Positions 8,999 to 19,412 of a stretch of 36,819 nt of DNA are shown here, in pieces. Under the pieces are notes generated by a model that saw nothing but the letters and a program-made list of their open reading frames with translations, ran no database searches and was not told the origin of the DNA. Both the position numbers and the translations under genes were made by a program. The stretch covers positions 8,018 to 44,836 of the forward strand of contig HF990822.1 in the NCBI GenBank assembly GCA_000436255.1, read 5' to 3'. Source of the stretch: Clostridium sp. CAG:1193 (GTDB lineage Bacteria; Bacillota_I; Bacilli_A; RF39; UBA660). Position 1 is the first letter of the stretch. Each line of letters opens with the position of its first letter.

Positions 8999-9185
8999 AG
9001 ATTTATATTCAAAAATAAGAAATGATTTAGTAAATCAAATATATAATGAAGGTATAAATATAGATAATTTAGCGCAAACCCTTAACATGGATGAAGATGA
9101 TTTATGTGATTATTTATCATTAAGAAAAACTGATTATTTAGCATATAAAACAATAGATACAGCATTAAAAAAGAAGATAAAATAG
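8979..9185 (+). CDS. Small putative HTH protein, antitoxin-like partner
   Basis: AAGGGGAG SD lies 8 nt before ATG 8979. Overlaps the upstream gene by 20 nt. Candidate helix-turn-helix INIDNLAQTLNMDEDDLCDYLS. Length 68 aa. Confidence 0.4.
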   Translation: MQNEKFKDLYSKIRNDLVNQIYNEGINIDNLAQTLNMDEDDLCDYLSLRKTDYLAYKTIDTALKKKIK

Positions 9186-9315
9186 ATTATATATTATTTA
9201 TGCAGTTTTCATTAATTGCTGTAATATTTTAAATATTTATTACATATTATAATAATGCTACATGTAGCATAAAAAAGCGAGTGAAGCCATCTCTATAAAT
9301 GGCAACTAAAAAAGT

Positions 9316-9345
9316 GGATTAGAGAGCATGCTCTAATCCTTTCTC
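9316..9345 (+). terminator. Hairpin terminator ending the frr-downstream operon
   Basis: Perfect 9-bp stem GGATTAGAG (9316-9324) / CTCTAATCC (9331-9339), then TTTCTC. Confidence 0.55.
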
Positions 9346-9354
9346 ATATAACAT

Positions 9355-9382
9355 TTGCAAAAATTAAATTATGTGTTATAAT
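9355..9382 (+). promoter_or_regulatory. Candidate sigma-A promoter for the pheST leader
   Basis: TTGCAA (9355-9360), 16-nt spacer containing TG, TATAAT (9377-9382). Confidence 0.5.
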
Positions 9383-9390
9383 TTAACATG

Positions 9391-9597
9391 AAAGCGATGA
9401 TTTAGAGTAGTAATAAATAAGTATTTATAGAGAATTGACGGGTGGTGTGAGTCAATAATAACTGTTTATGAATTCGCTAATGAGCATTATATATAAAATA
9501 TATAACGTGACCTGCGTTAAAGGAATAAGTGCATAGAATCTATGAACTAAGGTGGTACCGTTCTTATGAACCCTTAGATTTATAGATTTTTTATTTT
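9391..9597 (+). promoter_or_regulatory. T-box leader, probable Phe specificity, controlling pheST
   Basis: AGCGATGA...AGAGTAG stem I start. TTC codon at 9473-9475 in GAATTCGCTAA. T-box core AAGGTGGTACCG at 9549-9560. Terminator arms AATCTA..CTAAGG / CCTTAG..TAGATT followed by a T-run before the pheS RBS. Confidence 0.75.
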
Positions 9598-9607
9598 AGG
9601 AGGAAAT

Positions 9608-10651
9608 ATGAAAGAAAATTTATTAAAATTACAAGAAAGTTTTGATAATGATATTAAAAAGGTAAAAGATTTATCTGGTTTAAATGATTTAAGAGTTAAT
9701 TATTTAGGTAAAAAAAGTGAGTTAAATTCATTATCAAGTGCGATGAGAGATTTAAGTGTGGATGCTAAGAAGGAAATGGGAAAATTAATTAATGATTTAA
9801 AAGTATCTATTGAAAGAAAAATTTCTTCGCTTAAAGATGAAATAGAGAGAATCGAACTTAATAAAAAATTAGAAAGTGAAAAAATAGATATTACACTTCC
9901 TGCAACTAACATAAATGTTGGTACAGTTCATCCAATTACTAAAATTATAAACGAAGTAGAGGATTTATTTATATCAATGGGTTATGATGTTTTAGAAGGG
10001 CCTGAGGTAGAAACTGATTTATATAATTTTGAAATGCTTAATTTACCAAAGGGACACCCTGCAAGAGATAGTCAAGATAGTTTTTATATAACAGAAGATA
10101 CTCTTTTAAGAACTCAAACTTCTCCTGTACAAGTAAGAACAATGCTTGCTAATAAAGAAAAAACACCTATTAGAATAATATGTCCAGGTAAAACATATAG
10201 AAAAGATAATGATGATGCAACTCACTCACATCAGTTTACACAAATAGAAGGTCTTGTAGTGGATGAAAATATTTCTATGGCACATTTAAAGGGGACTTTA
10301 TTAGAATTTGCTAAAAAGATGTTTGGAAATAATAGAGAAATACGTTTTAGACCAAGTTATTTTCCTTTTACTGAACCATCTATTGAAGTAGATGTATCAT
10401 GTTTTAATTGTGGTGGTAAGGGGTGCAATATATGTAAAGGAACTGGTTGGATTGAAATATTAGGTGCTGGTATGGTTCATCCTAATGTACTTAATATGTG
10501 TGGTTATGATAGTAATAAATATACAGGTTTTGCATTTGGTATTGGACCTGAAAGAATAGCAATGCTTAAATATGGAATACCTGATATTAGATATTTTTAT
10601 ACGAATGATATAAGGTTCTTAAAAGAATTTGATAAAGTGGAAAAGGAGTGA
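9608..10651 (+). CDS. pheS: Phenylalanyl-tRNA synthetase alpha subunit
   Basis: [18 protein letters not shown] and [17 protein letters not shown] class II motifs. SD AGGAGG. Confidence 0.95.
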   Translation: MKENLLKLQESFDNDIKKVKDLSGLNDLRVNYLGKKSELNSLSSAMRDLSVDAKKEMGKLINDLKVSIERKISSLKDEIERIELNKKLESEKIDITLPATNINVGTVHPITKIINEVEDLFISMGYDVLEGPEVETDLYNFEMLNLPKGHPARDSQDSFYITEDTLLRTQTSPVQVRTMLANKEKTPIRIICPGKTYRKDNDDATHSHQFTQIEGLVVDENISMAHLKGTLLEFAKKMFGNNREIRFRPSYFPFTEPSIEVDVSCFNCGGKGCNICKGTGWIEILGAGMVHPNVLNMCGYDSNKYTGFAFGIGPERIAMLKYGIPDIRYFYTNDIRFLKEFDKVEKE

Positions 10652-10655
10652 TATT

Positions 10656-13019
10656 ATGAGACTAAGTGAAAAATGGATAAAAGAAATTGTAAATGTTGAT
10701 GATACTATAGAAAATATTGCAGAAAAAATGGTTTTCTGTGGTAATGAATACGAAAGTATTAATAAATTATGTCCTGCAACTAACTTAGTAGTAGGAAGAG
10801 TAGTAAGTGTACACCCACATCCTGATTCAGATCATCTAAATCTTTGTGAAGTTGATTTAGGTGATAAGATTTATCAAATAATTTGTGGAGCGCCTAATGT
10901 AAGTGCTAATAAAAAGGTAATAGTTGCAAAAGTTGGTGCTAAACTACCAGGTGGAGTAATTGAATCAAGAAGTGTAAGAGGTGTTTTATCAAATGGAATG
11001 ATATGTTCACTTGCAGAACTTGGTTTAGAAAATAAATATTTAACTGAAGAAGATAAAAAAGGAATACATATATTAAGTGATGATGCACCAGTTGGTATAG
11101 ATGCTCTTTCATATTTAATGTTAGATGATACATATATTGATTTTGAACTAACTGCAAATAGAAGTGATTTATTAAGTATGCGTGGTATGAGTTATGAAAT
11201 AGGTGCAATATATAATAAAAAATTTAATATAGAAATTCCTAAATTAAATGAATCAATTGAAAAAACAAAAGATTATATAGAAATAGAAAATAAAACTAAT
11301 AACTGTTATGCATATAAAGGGAGAATAGTTAAAAATGTTGAAATTAAAGAATCTCCAGAATTTATTAAATCAAGATTAATGTCTTGTGGTATAAGACCTA
11401 TTAATAATGTAGTAGATATAAGTAATTATGTAATGATGCTTTATGGTGAACCACTTCATTTCTTTGATTATAATAGTATAGGTAAAAAAGTAATTATAAG
11501 AAATGCGTTAGATGGTGAGGAGATTACTACACTTGATAATATAAAAAGAACATTAAAAGATACAGATATAGTTATTTCAGATGAGATAAGTCCAATCGCA
11601 CTTGCTGGTGTTATGGGTGGTGTTACTAGTGAAGTTACTAATAATACAAAAGATATATTTATAGAAGCTGCTTTATTTAATCCTTATAATATAAGATATA
11701 CATCAAAAAGAATATTAAGAAGTGAAGCATCAATCAGGTTTGAAAAAGGAGTAGATCCTAATATATTATCTTCTGCAATAGATATGGCTGCATACTTATT
11801 ACAAGAATATGCATCTGGAACGGTTTTAAGTGGTGTAGTTGGATTTAATGATATGTCTTTAGATGATAAAGAAATAAATATAAATATTGATAAAATAACA
11901 AGTGTACTTGGTATGAATATAAGTATTGATGATGTTAAAGATATATTTGATAGATTAGCATTTACATATAAAGAAGCAAATGGTGAATTTAAAGTATATG
12001 TTCCAACAAGAAGACTTGATATAAATATAAAAGAAGATTTAATAGAAGAAGTAGGAAGAATATACGGGTATAATAATATGGAAGGGATTATGCCTGTTAC
12101 AAGAACAAAAAAAGGAAGTTTACTTCCTAAAAATAAATATATAAAAGATATAAAAAATAGATTAAGTGCTTTATCATTAAATGAAGTAATTACATATTCA
12201 TTAGTTAATAAAGAAGATGTAAAAAAATTTAATAATGATGAGTTTAATGAGATAAAAGTATCATCTCCACTTAATGAAGATAGAAGTATATTAAGATATA
12301 GTTTAGTACCATCTTTATTAAAAGTAGTAGATTATAATATTTCAAGAAATATAAAAGATGTAAATATATTTGAAGTAAGTAAAGTATATTACAATACTGA
12401 TTCATTAAATGAAATAAATAAGTTATGCTTTGTAATGACTGGTAATTATATAGAAAATTCTTGGGGTAGCAAAGTAAAGGTAGATTTCTATTTAATAAAA
12501 GGAATACTTTTAAATCTACTTAATTACTTAGGATTATCTAATAGATGTAAATTAGTAAATGATAACTTGCCTAAAGAATATCATCCAGGTATTAGTGGAA
12601 GAGTACTAATAGATAATAAAGAAGTTGGTTATATTGGAAAAATTCATCCAAATGAAAGTAAAAATGATATTTATATTTGTGAACTTAATTTAGATGTAAT
12701 ATATAATATTAATATTAAAAATATAAAATATAAAGAAATTCCTAAATACCCATCGGTTATTAAAGATTTAGCATTTATTCTAAATAATAATATAAATGCG
12801 ATTGATGTAATTGATGAAATAAATTCATCATCAAGATTAATATCTAATACAACTGTTTTTGATGTATTTAATTTAGATAATAATTCTAAATCAGTAGCAT
12901 TTAAAATAACATTTACTGATATAACTAAAACTTTAAATGAAGATGAGGTTAATCATGCATTAAATACTATTATTAAAAATATAGAAACTAAATTTAATGC
13001 AGTATTAAGAGATAAATAA
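10656..13019 (+). CDS. pheT: Phenylalanyl-tRNA synthetase beta subunit
   Basis: MRLSEKWIKE start preceded by AAGGAG. tRNA-binding domain VVGRVVSVHPHPDSDHLNLCEVDLG. B3/B4, B5 and FDX-ACB-like C-terminus. The ORF-track start at 10629 overlaps pheS and lacks an SD. Confidence 0.95.
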   Translation: MRLSEKWIKEIVNVDDTIENIAEKMVFCGNEYESINKLCPATNLVVGRVVSVHPHPDSDHLNLCEVDLGDKIYQIICGAPNVSANKKVIVAKVGAKLPGGVIESRSVRGVLSNGMICSLAELGLENKYLTEEDKKGIHILSDDAPVGIDALSYLMLDDTYIDFELTANRSDLLSMRGMSYEIGAIYNKKFNIEIPKLNESIEKTKDYIEIENKTNNCYAYKGRIVKNVEIKESPEFIKSRLMSCGIRPINNVVDISNYVMMLYGEPLHFFDYNSIGKKVIIRNALDGEEITTLDNIKRTLKDTDIVISDEISPIALAGVMGGVTSEVTNNTKDIFIEAALFNPYNIRYTSKRILRSEASIRFEKGVDPNILSSAIDMAAYLLQEYASGTVLSGVVGFNDMSLDDKEININIDKITSVLGMNISIDDVKDIFDRLAFTYKEANGEFKVYVPTRRLDINIKEDLIEEVGRIYGYNNMEGIMPVTRTKKGSLLPKNKYIKDIKNRLSALSLNEVITYSLVNKEDVKKFNNDEFNEIKVSSPLNEDRSILRYSLVPSLLKVVDYNISRNIKDVNIFEVSKVYYNTDSLNEINKLCFVMTGNYIENSWGSKVKVDFYLIKGILLNLLNYLGLSNRCKLVNDNLPKEYHPGISGRVLIDNKEVGYIGKIHPNESKNDIYICELNLDVIYNINIKNIKYKEIPKYPSVIKDLAFILNNNINAIDVIDEINSSSRLISNTTVFDVFNLDNNSKSVAFKITFTDITKTLNEDEVNHALNTIIKNIETKFNAVLRDK

Positions 13020-13050
13020 AAGGTATTTTATATACCTTTTTTTATTTTTT
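13019..13050. terminator. Bidirectional terminator between convergent pheT and sspI
   Basis: Stem AAAGGTAT (13019-13026) / ATACCTTT (13032-13039) with T-runs after it on the plus strand. Overlaps the sspI stop codon. Confidence 0.6.
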
Positions 13051-13225
13051 TTAATATATTTATTCTTTCATCTTCACTAGAATTATTCCATACGAGTTCA
13101 AAAAATACTCCAAGACCAGGAAGTAATACTTCATCTTTACTTTTAATAGATTCAACAATAGATTCTTTAATACTATTTATATCATCATCTTTAAAATTAC
13201 TTTTTATGTATCCTCTTATATCCAT
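13028..13225 (-). CDS. sspI: Small acid-soluble spore protein SspI
   Basis: MDIRGYIKSNF...SKDEVLLPGLGVFFELVWNNSSEDERINILKKI matches the SspI pattern ..EKMLPGLGVLFEVIW..... Located next to pheT as in B. subtilis. AAAGGAG SD precedes the internal ATG at 13225. Confidence 0.8.
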   Translation of the reverse strand: MDIRGYIKSNFKDDDINSIKESIVESIKSKDEVLLPGLGVFFELVWNNSSEDERINILKKIKKGI

Positions 13226-13289
13226 AAAAACTCCTTTCATATATATTGTGTCAAATTATTAAAATAATATTCTAAATTGAATTTTATTA

Positions 13290-13298
13290 TGGTATAAT
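13290..13298 (+). promoter_or_regulatory. Extended -10 element for lemA
   Basis: TGGTATAAT lies 22 nt upstream of the lemA ATG. Confidence 0.45.
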
Positions 13299-13320
13299 TT
13301 AAATATAGGAGGTGTGTAAT

Positions 13321-13875
13321 ATGCCAACATGGGCATGGGTACTTTTAATAATTGTAGTGTTAGTTGGATTATTTGTAGCAACTACATACAATAACCTAAT
13401 TGTGTTAAGGAATAAAGCAAGAGATCAATGGGCTCAAATAGAAGTTCAATTAAAGAAAAGATTTGACTTAATTCCTAACTTAGTAGAAACTGTAAAGGGA
13501 TATGCAAAACATGAAAAAGATACTTTAAATGAAGTAATTGAAGCAAGAAACAAATTTAAAGCAGCAACTACACCAGAAGAAGAAATGGCTGCTAGTGGCG
13601 AATTAAATAAGGTTTTAGGTAGAATAATGATGTTAACAGAAGCATACCCAGAGTTAAAAGCAAATGAAAACTTCTTAAGTCTACAAGCTGATTTAAAAGA
13701 TGTAGAAGAAAAAATTTCATATGCTAGACAATTCTACAACGATACAGTTTTAGGTTACATGAACAAAGTAGAAATGTTTCCTTCAAACATAATTGCAAAT
13801 ATGTTTGGATTTAAACCAATGAAATATTTTGAAGCTGGTGAAGAAGTAAAAGAAGCGCCAAAAGTTTCATTTTAA
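13321..13875 (+). CDS. lemA: LemA family membrane protein
   Basis: N-terminal TM, then YNNLIVLRNKARDQWAQIEVQLKKRFDLIPNLVETVKGYAKHEKDTL, typical of LemA. AGGAGGTG SD. The ORF-track GTG at 13312 lies inside the SD. Confidence 0.85.
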   Translation: MPTWAWVLLIIVVLVGLFVATTYNNLIVLRNKARDQWAQIEVQLKKRFDLIPNLVETVKGYAKHEKDTLNEVIEARNKFKAATTPEEEMAASGELNKVLGRIMMLTEAYPELKANENFLSLQADLKDVEEKISYARQFYNDTVLGYMNKVEMFPSNIIANMFGFKPMKYFEAGEEVKEAPKVSF

Positions 13876-13902
13876 GACTTACTAGTTAAGTCTTTTATTT
13901 TT
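13874..13902 (+). terminator. Rho-independent terminator after lemA
   Basis: Stem AAGACTTA (13874-13881) / TAAGTCTT (13887-13894), then TTATTTTT. Confidence 0.65.
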
Positions 13903-13955
13903 GTATTAATTTTATTATAACTTTATGATATACTTTAATTATAGGGTGTGAGTTT

Positions 13956-15620
13956 ATGAAAAAAATATTATTATTTTTAAGTGTATTATTTTTACCGCTT
14001 GTTGTTAATGCAGAAGATGTAATTAATAACTTTAATGTAGATATTTATATTGATAACAATGGTAATGCACATGTTACTGAGTTATGGGATACTAAAGCTG
14101 ATGATGGAAGTGAATTTTATCGTTCATATTATAATTATACTGGAAGTGAGTTTAAAGATTATAAAGTAGAAATGGACGGAAAAGAATATACATTTATTGA
14201 TTCATGGGATATAGATGCTTCATTAAGCGAAAAAGCATATAAAAATGGATTTAATTATGTAGATAATGGTATAGAAATATGTTTTGGAAAATCTAGTTTG
14301 GGTACTCATAAATATATATCAAAATATACAATTACTAACTTTGTAAGAAGATTAAATGATTCAGATATGCTGTACTGGACAATACTTCCATATAATAATG
14401 GTGGTAAATTTAAAAATGTAGGAATAAAAATACATAGCAATTTTAAATATAAAAGTGATATAGAACTATATTCATATGGTAAAGGTGGTATGCCATTAAC
14501 TTATGAAAATGGAGTAATAAAGTTAGATAGTAACGGCGCATTAAGTGATAATGAATATATAACTTTATTAGTAAAATTTGATGAGGGTACATTTAACTTA
14601 TCAAATAAGATAGATAATGATTTTAACTATTACTTAGATATGGCAAATAAAGATGCAGTAAAATATGAAAATAAGTCACGTACAGAAAAAATATTTGCAA
14701 TAATTATGATTGTAAGTTGTGTAGTATTTTTTGGTGGCGTTGTAGGAATATGTATTTATGCATCAGATATAATAGGGGGTTATAAACTAGACTTTGGTAA
14801 AGATGGTAAAAAATTAGATAAAAATTTACCAAATTATAGAGATATACCGTGCAACAAAGATATATTTAAAGCATACTTTATATCAACATCATATAATTTA
14901 ACAAAAAGAAAAACAGATTTATTTGGTGCAATATTACTTAAATGGATAAAAGATGGAACTATAGAAACCAAAAAGATAAATGATACAGATTTAGCACTAG
15001 TACTCAAAGGTGATATACTTCAAAATAAAACATTACAAAAACTGTATGATATGTTAAAAGAAGCATCAAAAGATGGAATACTTGAAAGTAAAGAGTTTGA
15101 ACGTTGGTGTAAGATCCATAGTGAAAAAGTAATGAAATGGTTTGATGAAGTATTAAAAGAAGAAGGAGAAAACCTAGTAAAAGATAAATATTTAACTATA
15201 AAAGATAAAAAGAATGTTTTTCCAGTTAAAACATATGTAAATGGTTCAAATGTTGGATATGGTATAAAAGCGTATGTAAATGATTCATATAAAGAAGAAG
15301 GTAAAAAACTATATGGACTAAAAAAATACTTAATAGAATTTTCAAGAATAAAAGAAAAAGAGCCAATAGAAGTAAAATTATGGGATGAATATTTAATGTA
15401 TGCTCAAATATTTGGAATAGCAAAAGAAGTAGCAAAACAATTTAAGAAACTATATCCAGAAATAATAGAAAATACAGACTATGACTTTGATTATGATACA
15501 TTTATATTTGTAAATGCAATTAGTAATACAAGTATGACTACAGTAACAAGTTATTCTTCATCAGGAGGAGGTTCTGGATCCTTTGGTGGAGGAGGTGGCG
15601 GTGGAGCCGGAGGAAGATAA
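13956..15620 (+). CDS. DUF2207-type membrane protein, the usual LemA partner, with Gly-rich C-terminal tail
   Basis: Signal peptide MKKILLFLSVLFLPLVVNA. Large extracytoplasmic domain. Internal TM IFAIIMIVSCVVFFGGVVGICIY. Tail SSSGGGSGSFGGGGGGGAGGR. Adjacent to lemA. Confidence 0.7.
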   Translation: MKKILLFLSVLFLPLVVNAEDVINNFNVDIYIDNNGNAHVTELWDTKADDGSEFYRSYYNYTGSEFKDYKVEMDGKEYTFIDSWDIDASLSEKAYKNGFNYVDNGIEICFGKSSLGTHKYISKYTITNFVRRLNDSDMLYWTILPYNNGGKFKNVGIKIHSNFKYKSDIELYSYGKGGMPLTYENGVIKLDSNGALSDNEYITLLVKFDEGTFNLSNKIDNDFNYYLDMANKDAVKYENKSRTEKIFAIIMIVSCVVFFGGVVGICIYASDIIGGYKLDFGKDGKKLDKNLPNYRDIPCNKDIFKAYFISTSYNLTKRKTDLFGAILLKWIKDGTIETKKINDTDLALVLKGDILQNKTLQKLYDMLKEASKDGILESKEFERWCKIHSEKVMKWFDEVLKEEGENLVKDKYLTIKDKKNVFPVKTYVNGSNVGYGIKAYVNDSYKEEGKKLYGLKKYLIEFSRIKEKEPIEVKLWDEYLMYAQIFGIAKEVAKQFKKLYPEIIENTDYDFDYDTFIFVNAISNTSMTTVTSYSSSGGGSGSFGGGGGGGAGGR

Positions 15621-15683
15621 GATTACTTATCTTTTTTTCTTATATAATTTATGATATACTATAAATATAATAGGAGTGATAAT

Positions 15684-16313
15684 ATGAAGAAAAATGCGTT
15701 TACATTAGTAGAATTACTAGCAATAATAACAGTATTAGCGGTAATACTAGTAATAGCAGTACCTAAAATAATAAACACAATAAAAGATGCAAAAATGGGT
15801 TCATTAAAATCATCAGTAATATTACTGGCAAAAGATGCAGAAGAAGAATACGGAATAAGAGATGCAAAAGGTACACTAGATCAAGTGAAAAATCCAATAA
15901 AGTGTGAAGATGTTGCAAATATAGATGATACATATGATAAATGTCAAATTAAATTCGATAAAGAAGGAAATGCAACAGTATTATTAAATGCAAATGAAAA
16001 AAGTAAATTTGGAAAAATTGGATGTGTAGGTACAAAAAGTAAAGTAGAATGTGATAATGGTGAAATGACACTTAGTAAAAGATGTACAACACCAGATAAA
16101 CTAGAATACAACTTAAAATTTGTAGATGGTCAATATACATATACATATAATGGAAGTACAGGTTGGAGTGTAGTATTAACAGATAAAACATCAACAGATC
16201 CAGTAATAACAGAATTATGTGGAACAATCAATGATAAACCGATAGTAAGTATGTACCAAATGTTTTATCAAAGTAAAGCAGAAAGTATAGATACATCAAG
16301 TTTTGATACATAG
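15684..16313 (+). CDS. Prepilin-type-leader protein: N-terminal domain of a DUF285/BspA-type repeat surface protein, truncated after the first repeat unit
   Basis: AGGAG SD lies 7 nt before ATG 15684. Class III signal MKKNA|FTLVELLAIITVLAVILVIAVP. Cys-containing N-domain ...FVDGQYTYTY...TELCGTINDKPIVSMYQMFYQSKAESIDTSSFDT, then TAG at 16311-16313. Confidence 0.7.
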   Translation: MKKNAFTLVELLAIITVLAVILVIAVPKIINTIKDAKMGSLKSSVILLAKDAEEEYGIRDAKGTLDQVKNPIKCEDVANIDDTYDKCQIKFDKEGNATVLLNANEKSKFGKIGCVGTKSKVECDNGEMTLSKRCTTPDKLEYNLKFVDGQYTYTYNGSTGWSVVLTDKTSTDPVITELCGTINDKPIVSMYQMFYQSKAESIDTSSFDT

Positions 16314-16854
16314 TGGAGTTGCTACAGTAGTAATTAATGGTAAAAAAGGTGGTAAGTTTGATAATTTAGCATGCCAAGGAACAAAAGATAATATGACATG
16401 CACAGAAGGTGAAATATCAACATCAAGAAAATGTACAACAACTGATACATTAGTAGATAATTTAAAGTTTGTAGATGGACAATATACTTATACATATTCT
16501 TCATACTACAAGGGGTGGATGGTAGTACTTACAAATAAATCATCAACAGATCCAGTAACAACAGAACTATGTGGAACAATTAATGATAAACCGATAGTTA
16601 GTATGTATGAAATGTTTAGAGATAGTAAAGCAGAAAGTATAGATACATCAAGTTTTGATACATCAAATGTAACAGGTATGGGTGGTATGTTTCAAGACAG
16701 TAAGGCAACAGAAATAAAAGGATTAGAAAATTTTGATACATCAAATGTAACAGATATGGGTTATATGTTTTCTGGTAGTGCCGCAACCGAAATAAAAGGC
16801 TTAAATAAATTTAATACTATATTTAAAGTATATCAAAAAATAAATATAGTGTAA
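16314..16854 (+). pseudogene. 5'-truncated paralog cassette (partial N-domain plus 3 repeat units, eroded 3' end) fused behind the previous gene in another frame
   Basis: Begins mid-domain (GVATVVINGKKGGKF... aligns to GNATVLLNANEKSKF... of the upstream gene). No leader or RBS. Repeat units degrade after ...ATEIKGLNKFNT (about 16825), and the stop is only 14 nt from the convergent gene. Confidence 0.65.
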
Positions 16855-16868
16855 ACAAAAACAAATAC

Positions 16869-17396
16869 TCAAGAGAATATTTGTTTTAGTATATATATTA
16901 TTGTTTTAAAAAATATTTCTATATCTAATTTAAAACTAATGTTATCTATATAAATATCATCATATTTAAGTTTTTCTTTATGTGTAAGTGTTGTTCTTCC
17001 TTTAATTTGTGCTAAACCTGTAATACCTGGTCTTACTGTATGTCTTTTTTTATTATACATACTTGGAAGTGTATCTCCTTCTATAAATGGTCTTGGTCCA
17101 ATTAAAGACATATCGCCTTTTAATACATTAAATAACTGTAATATCTCATCAACACCAGTTTTTCTTATAAATCTACTTACTTTTGTCGTGTTTTTAGTAT
17201 TATCATCCATTGTTTTAAACTTATACATAGTATACACTTTTTCATTTAGGCCAATTCTTTTTTGTTTATATATTATTTTACCTTTAAATTCTATTTTCGT
17301 AATAATACACATTAATATCATAACTGGAAATAATATTACTATAAATATTAAGGATAAAATAATATCAAGTAATCTCTTTATATATTTCTTATACAT
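16869..17396 (-). CDS. Small monotopic phosphoglycosyl (sugar) transferase, Bac_transf/PglC-like
   Basis: N-terminal re-entrant helix LLDIILSLIFIVILFPVMILMCII. YKQKRIGLNEKVYTMYKFKTM and DMSLIGPRP..RPGITGLAQ motifs. The ATG overlaps the rnc stop (TGATG). Confidence 0.75.
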   Translation of the reverse strand: MYKKYIKRLLDIILSLIFIVILFPVMILMCIITKIEFKGKIIYKQKRIGLNEKVYTMYKFKTMDDNTKNTTKVSRFIRKTGVDEILQLFNVLKGDMSLIGPRPFIEGDTLPSMYNKKRHTVRPGITGLAQIKGRTTLTHKEKLKYDDIYIDNISFKLDIEIFFKTIIYILKQIFS

Positions 17397-18055
17397 CACT
17401 TTGCCATTTTTTTAAGTGCATCATGTGCGGCATTTTGTTCAGCTTCTTTTTTAGTTTTACCTGATCCACTTCCGTATATTATGTTTTCAACTACTACATT
17501 TACTACAAACTCTTTATCATGTGCGGGACCTGTTTCTTTTATTACTACATATTCAAGTGTTTTTCTATCTGTCTGTACCATTTCTTGTAATATAGATTTA
17601 TAATCATTAAATATCTCTTCATTCTTTTTAATAGATAAAATAACTGTATTATTTACAAATTCTTTTGTTTTTTCCATTCCCTGATCTATATATAAAGCAC
17701 CAATAAAAGCCTCAAAAGAATCTGCAAGTATTGCTTTTTTTTGCCTTCCACCAGTTAATTCTTCACCTTTACCTAATCTTAAATACTCATCAAAATGTTC
17801 TTTTAATGCATACTCTGCTAAAGCATCTTCACATACATGAGATGCTCTTAACTTTGTCATAGCACCTTCTTCTAAATTAACATTTTTATATAAATATTCA
17901 CTAACTATAAAATCAAGTATTTTATCTCCTAAAAATTCTAATCTTTCATAACTTGTACTACTTTTATTCTCATTACAATAAGAAGTATGTGTAAAAGCTA
18001 TTTCATATAATGAAATATTATTAGTTACTATATTTAATTTATCAAGTATTTCCAT
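17396..18055 (-). CDS. rnc: Ribonuclease III
   Basis: Signature YERLEFLGDKILDF. C-terminal dsRBD GPAHDKEFVVNVVV...GSGKTKKEAEQNAAHDALKKM. SD AAGGTGGTGA. Confidence 0.9.
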   Translation of the reverse strand: MEILDKLNIVTNNISLYEIAFTHTSYCNENKSSTSYERLEFLGDKILDFIVSEYLYKNVNLEEGAMTKLRASHVCEDALAEYALKEHFDEYLRLGKGEELTGGRQKKAILADSFEAFIGALYIDQGMEKTKEFVNNTVILSIKKNEEIFNDYKSILQEMVQTDRKTLEYVVIKETGPAHDKEFVVNVVVENIIYGSGSGKTKKEAEQNAAHDALKKMAK

Positions 18056-18076
18056 AACTCACCACCTTAATATATT

Positions 18077-18301
18077 TTATTTTTCTTTTATTTCATCTTT
18101 TTTTAGATATGGTTCAATTTCTTTATCTGTATTTAAATTAATAATTAAATAACATGTTAAAGCTCCTAAAACTATTAATCCTAAGAATATAAATATAATT
18201 CCTTTTTTAGATACCATTTTTTCTTCTCTTAATTTAGCACCACAATTAACGCAATAATCTTTTACATCAATCATTTCTTGACCACATTTTGGACAATTCA
18301 T
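18077..18301 (-). CDS. Zinc-ribbon plus single-TM small protein
   Basis: CPKCG...CVNCG ribbon, then TM GIIFIFLGLIVLGALTCYLII. SD GGAAGTGA. Starts 4 nt after the tgt stop. Confidence 0.6.
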   Translation of the reverse strand: MNCPKCGQEMIDVKDYCVNCGAKLREEKMVSKKGIIFIFLGLIVLGALTCYLIINLNTDKEIEPYLKKDEIKEK

Positions 18302-18305
18302 ATTT

Positions 18306-19412
<1,107 letters not shown>

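Noticed and set aside
9255-9270. 16-nt perfect palindrome ATGCTACATGTAGCAT in the frr-operon/pheS spacer
   Set aside because: It is not followed by a U-run on either strand and is not positioned over a recognisable promoter. A single occurrence in the window does not support an operator or terminator call.
15565-15617. GC-richer GGAGGAGGTTCTGGATCC...GGTGGAGGAGGTGGCGGTGGAGCCGGAGGA tract
   Set aside because: It is the in-frame Gly-rich C-terminal tail typical of DUF2207 proteins, not an RNA gene or an inserted element.
16303-16320. A programmed +1 frameshift or stop read-through joining gene A to cassette B
   Set aside because: There is no slippery or hungry-codon context (ACA TAG T). The product would place a second partial N-domain after a repeat unit. 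A recombination or deletion junction explains it better.
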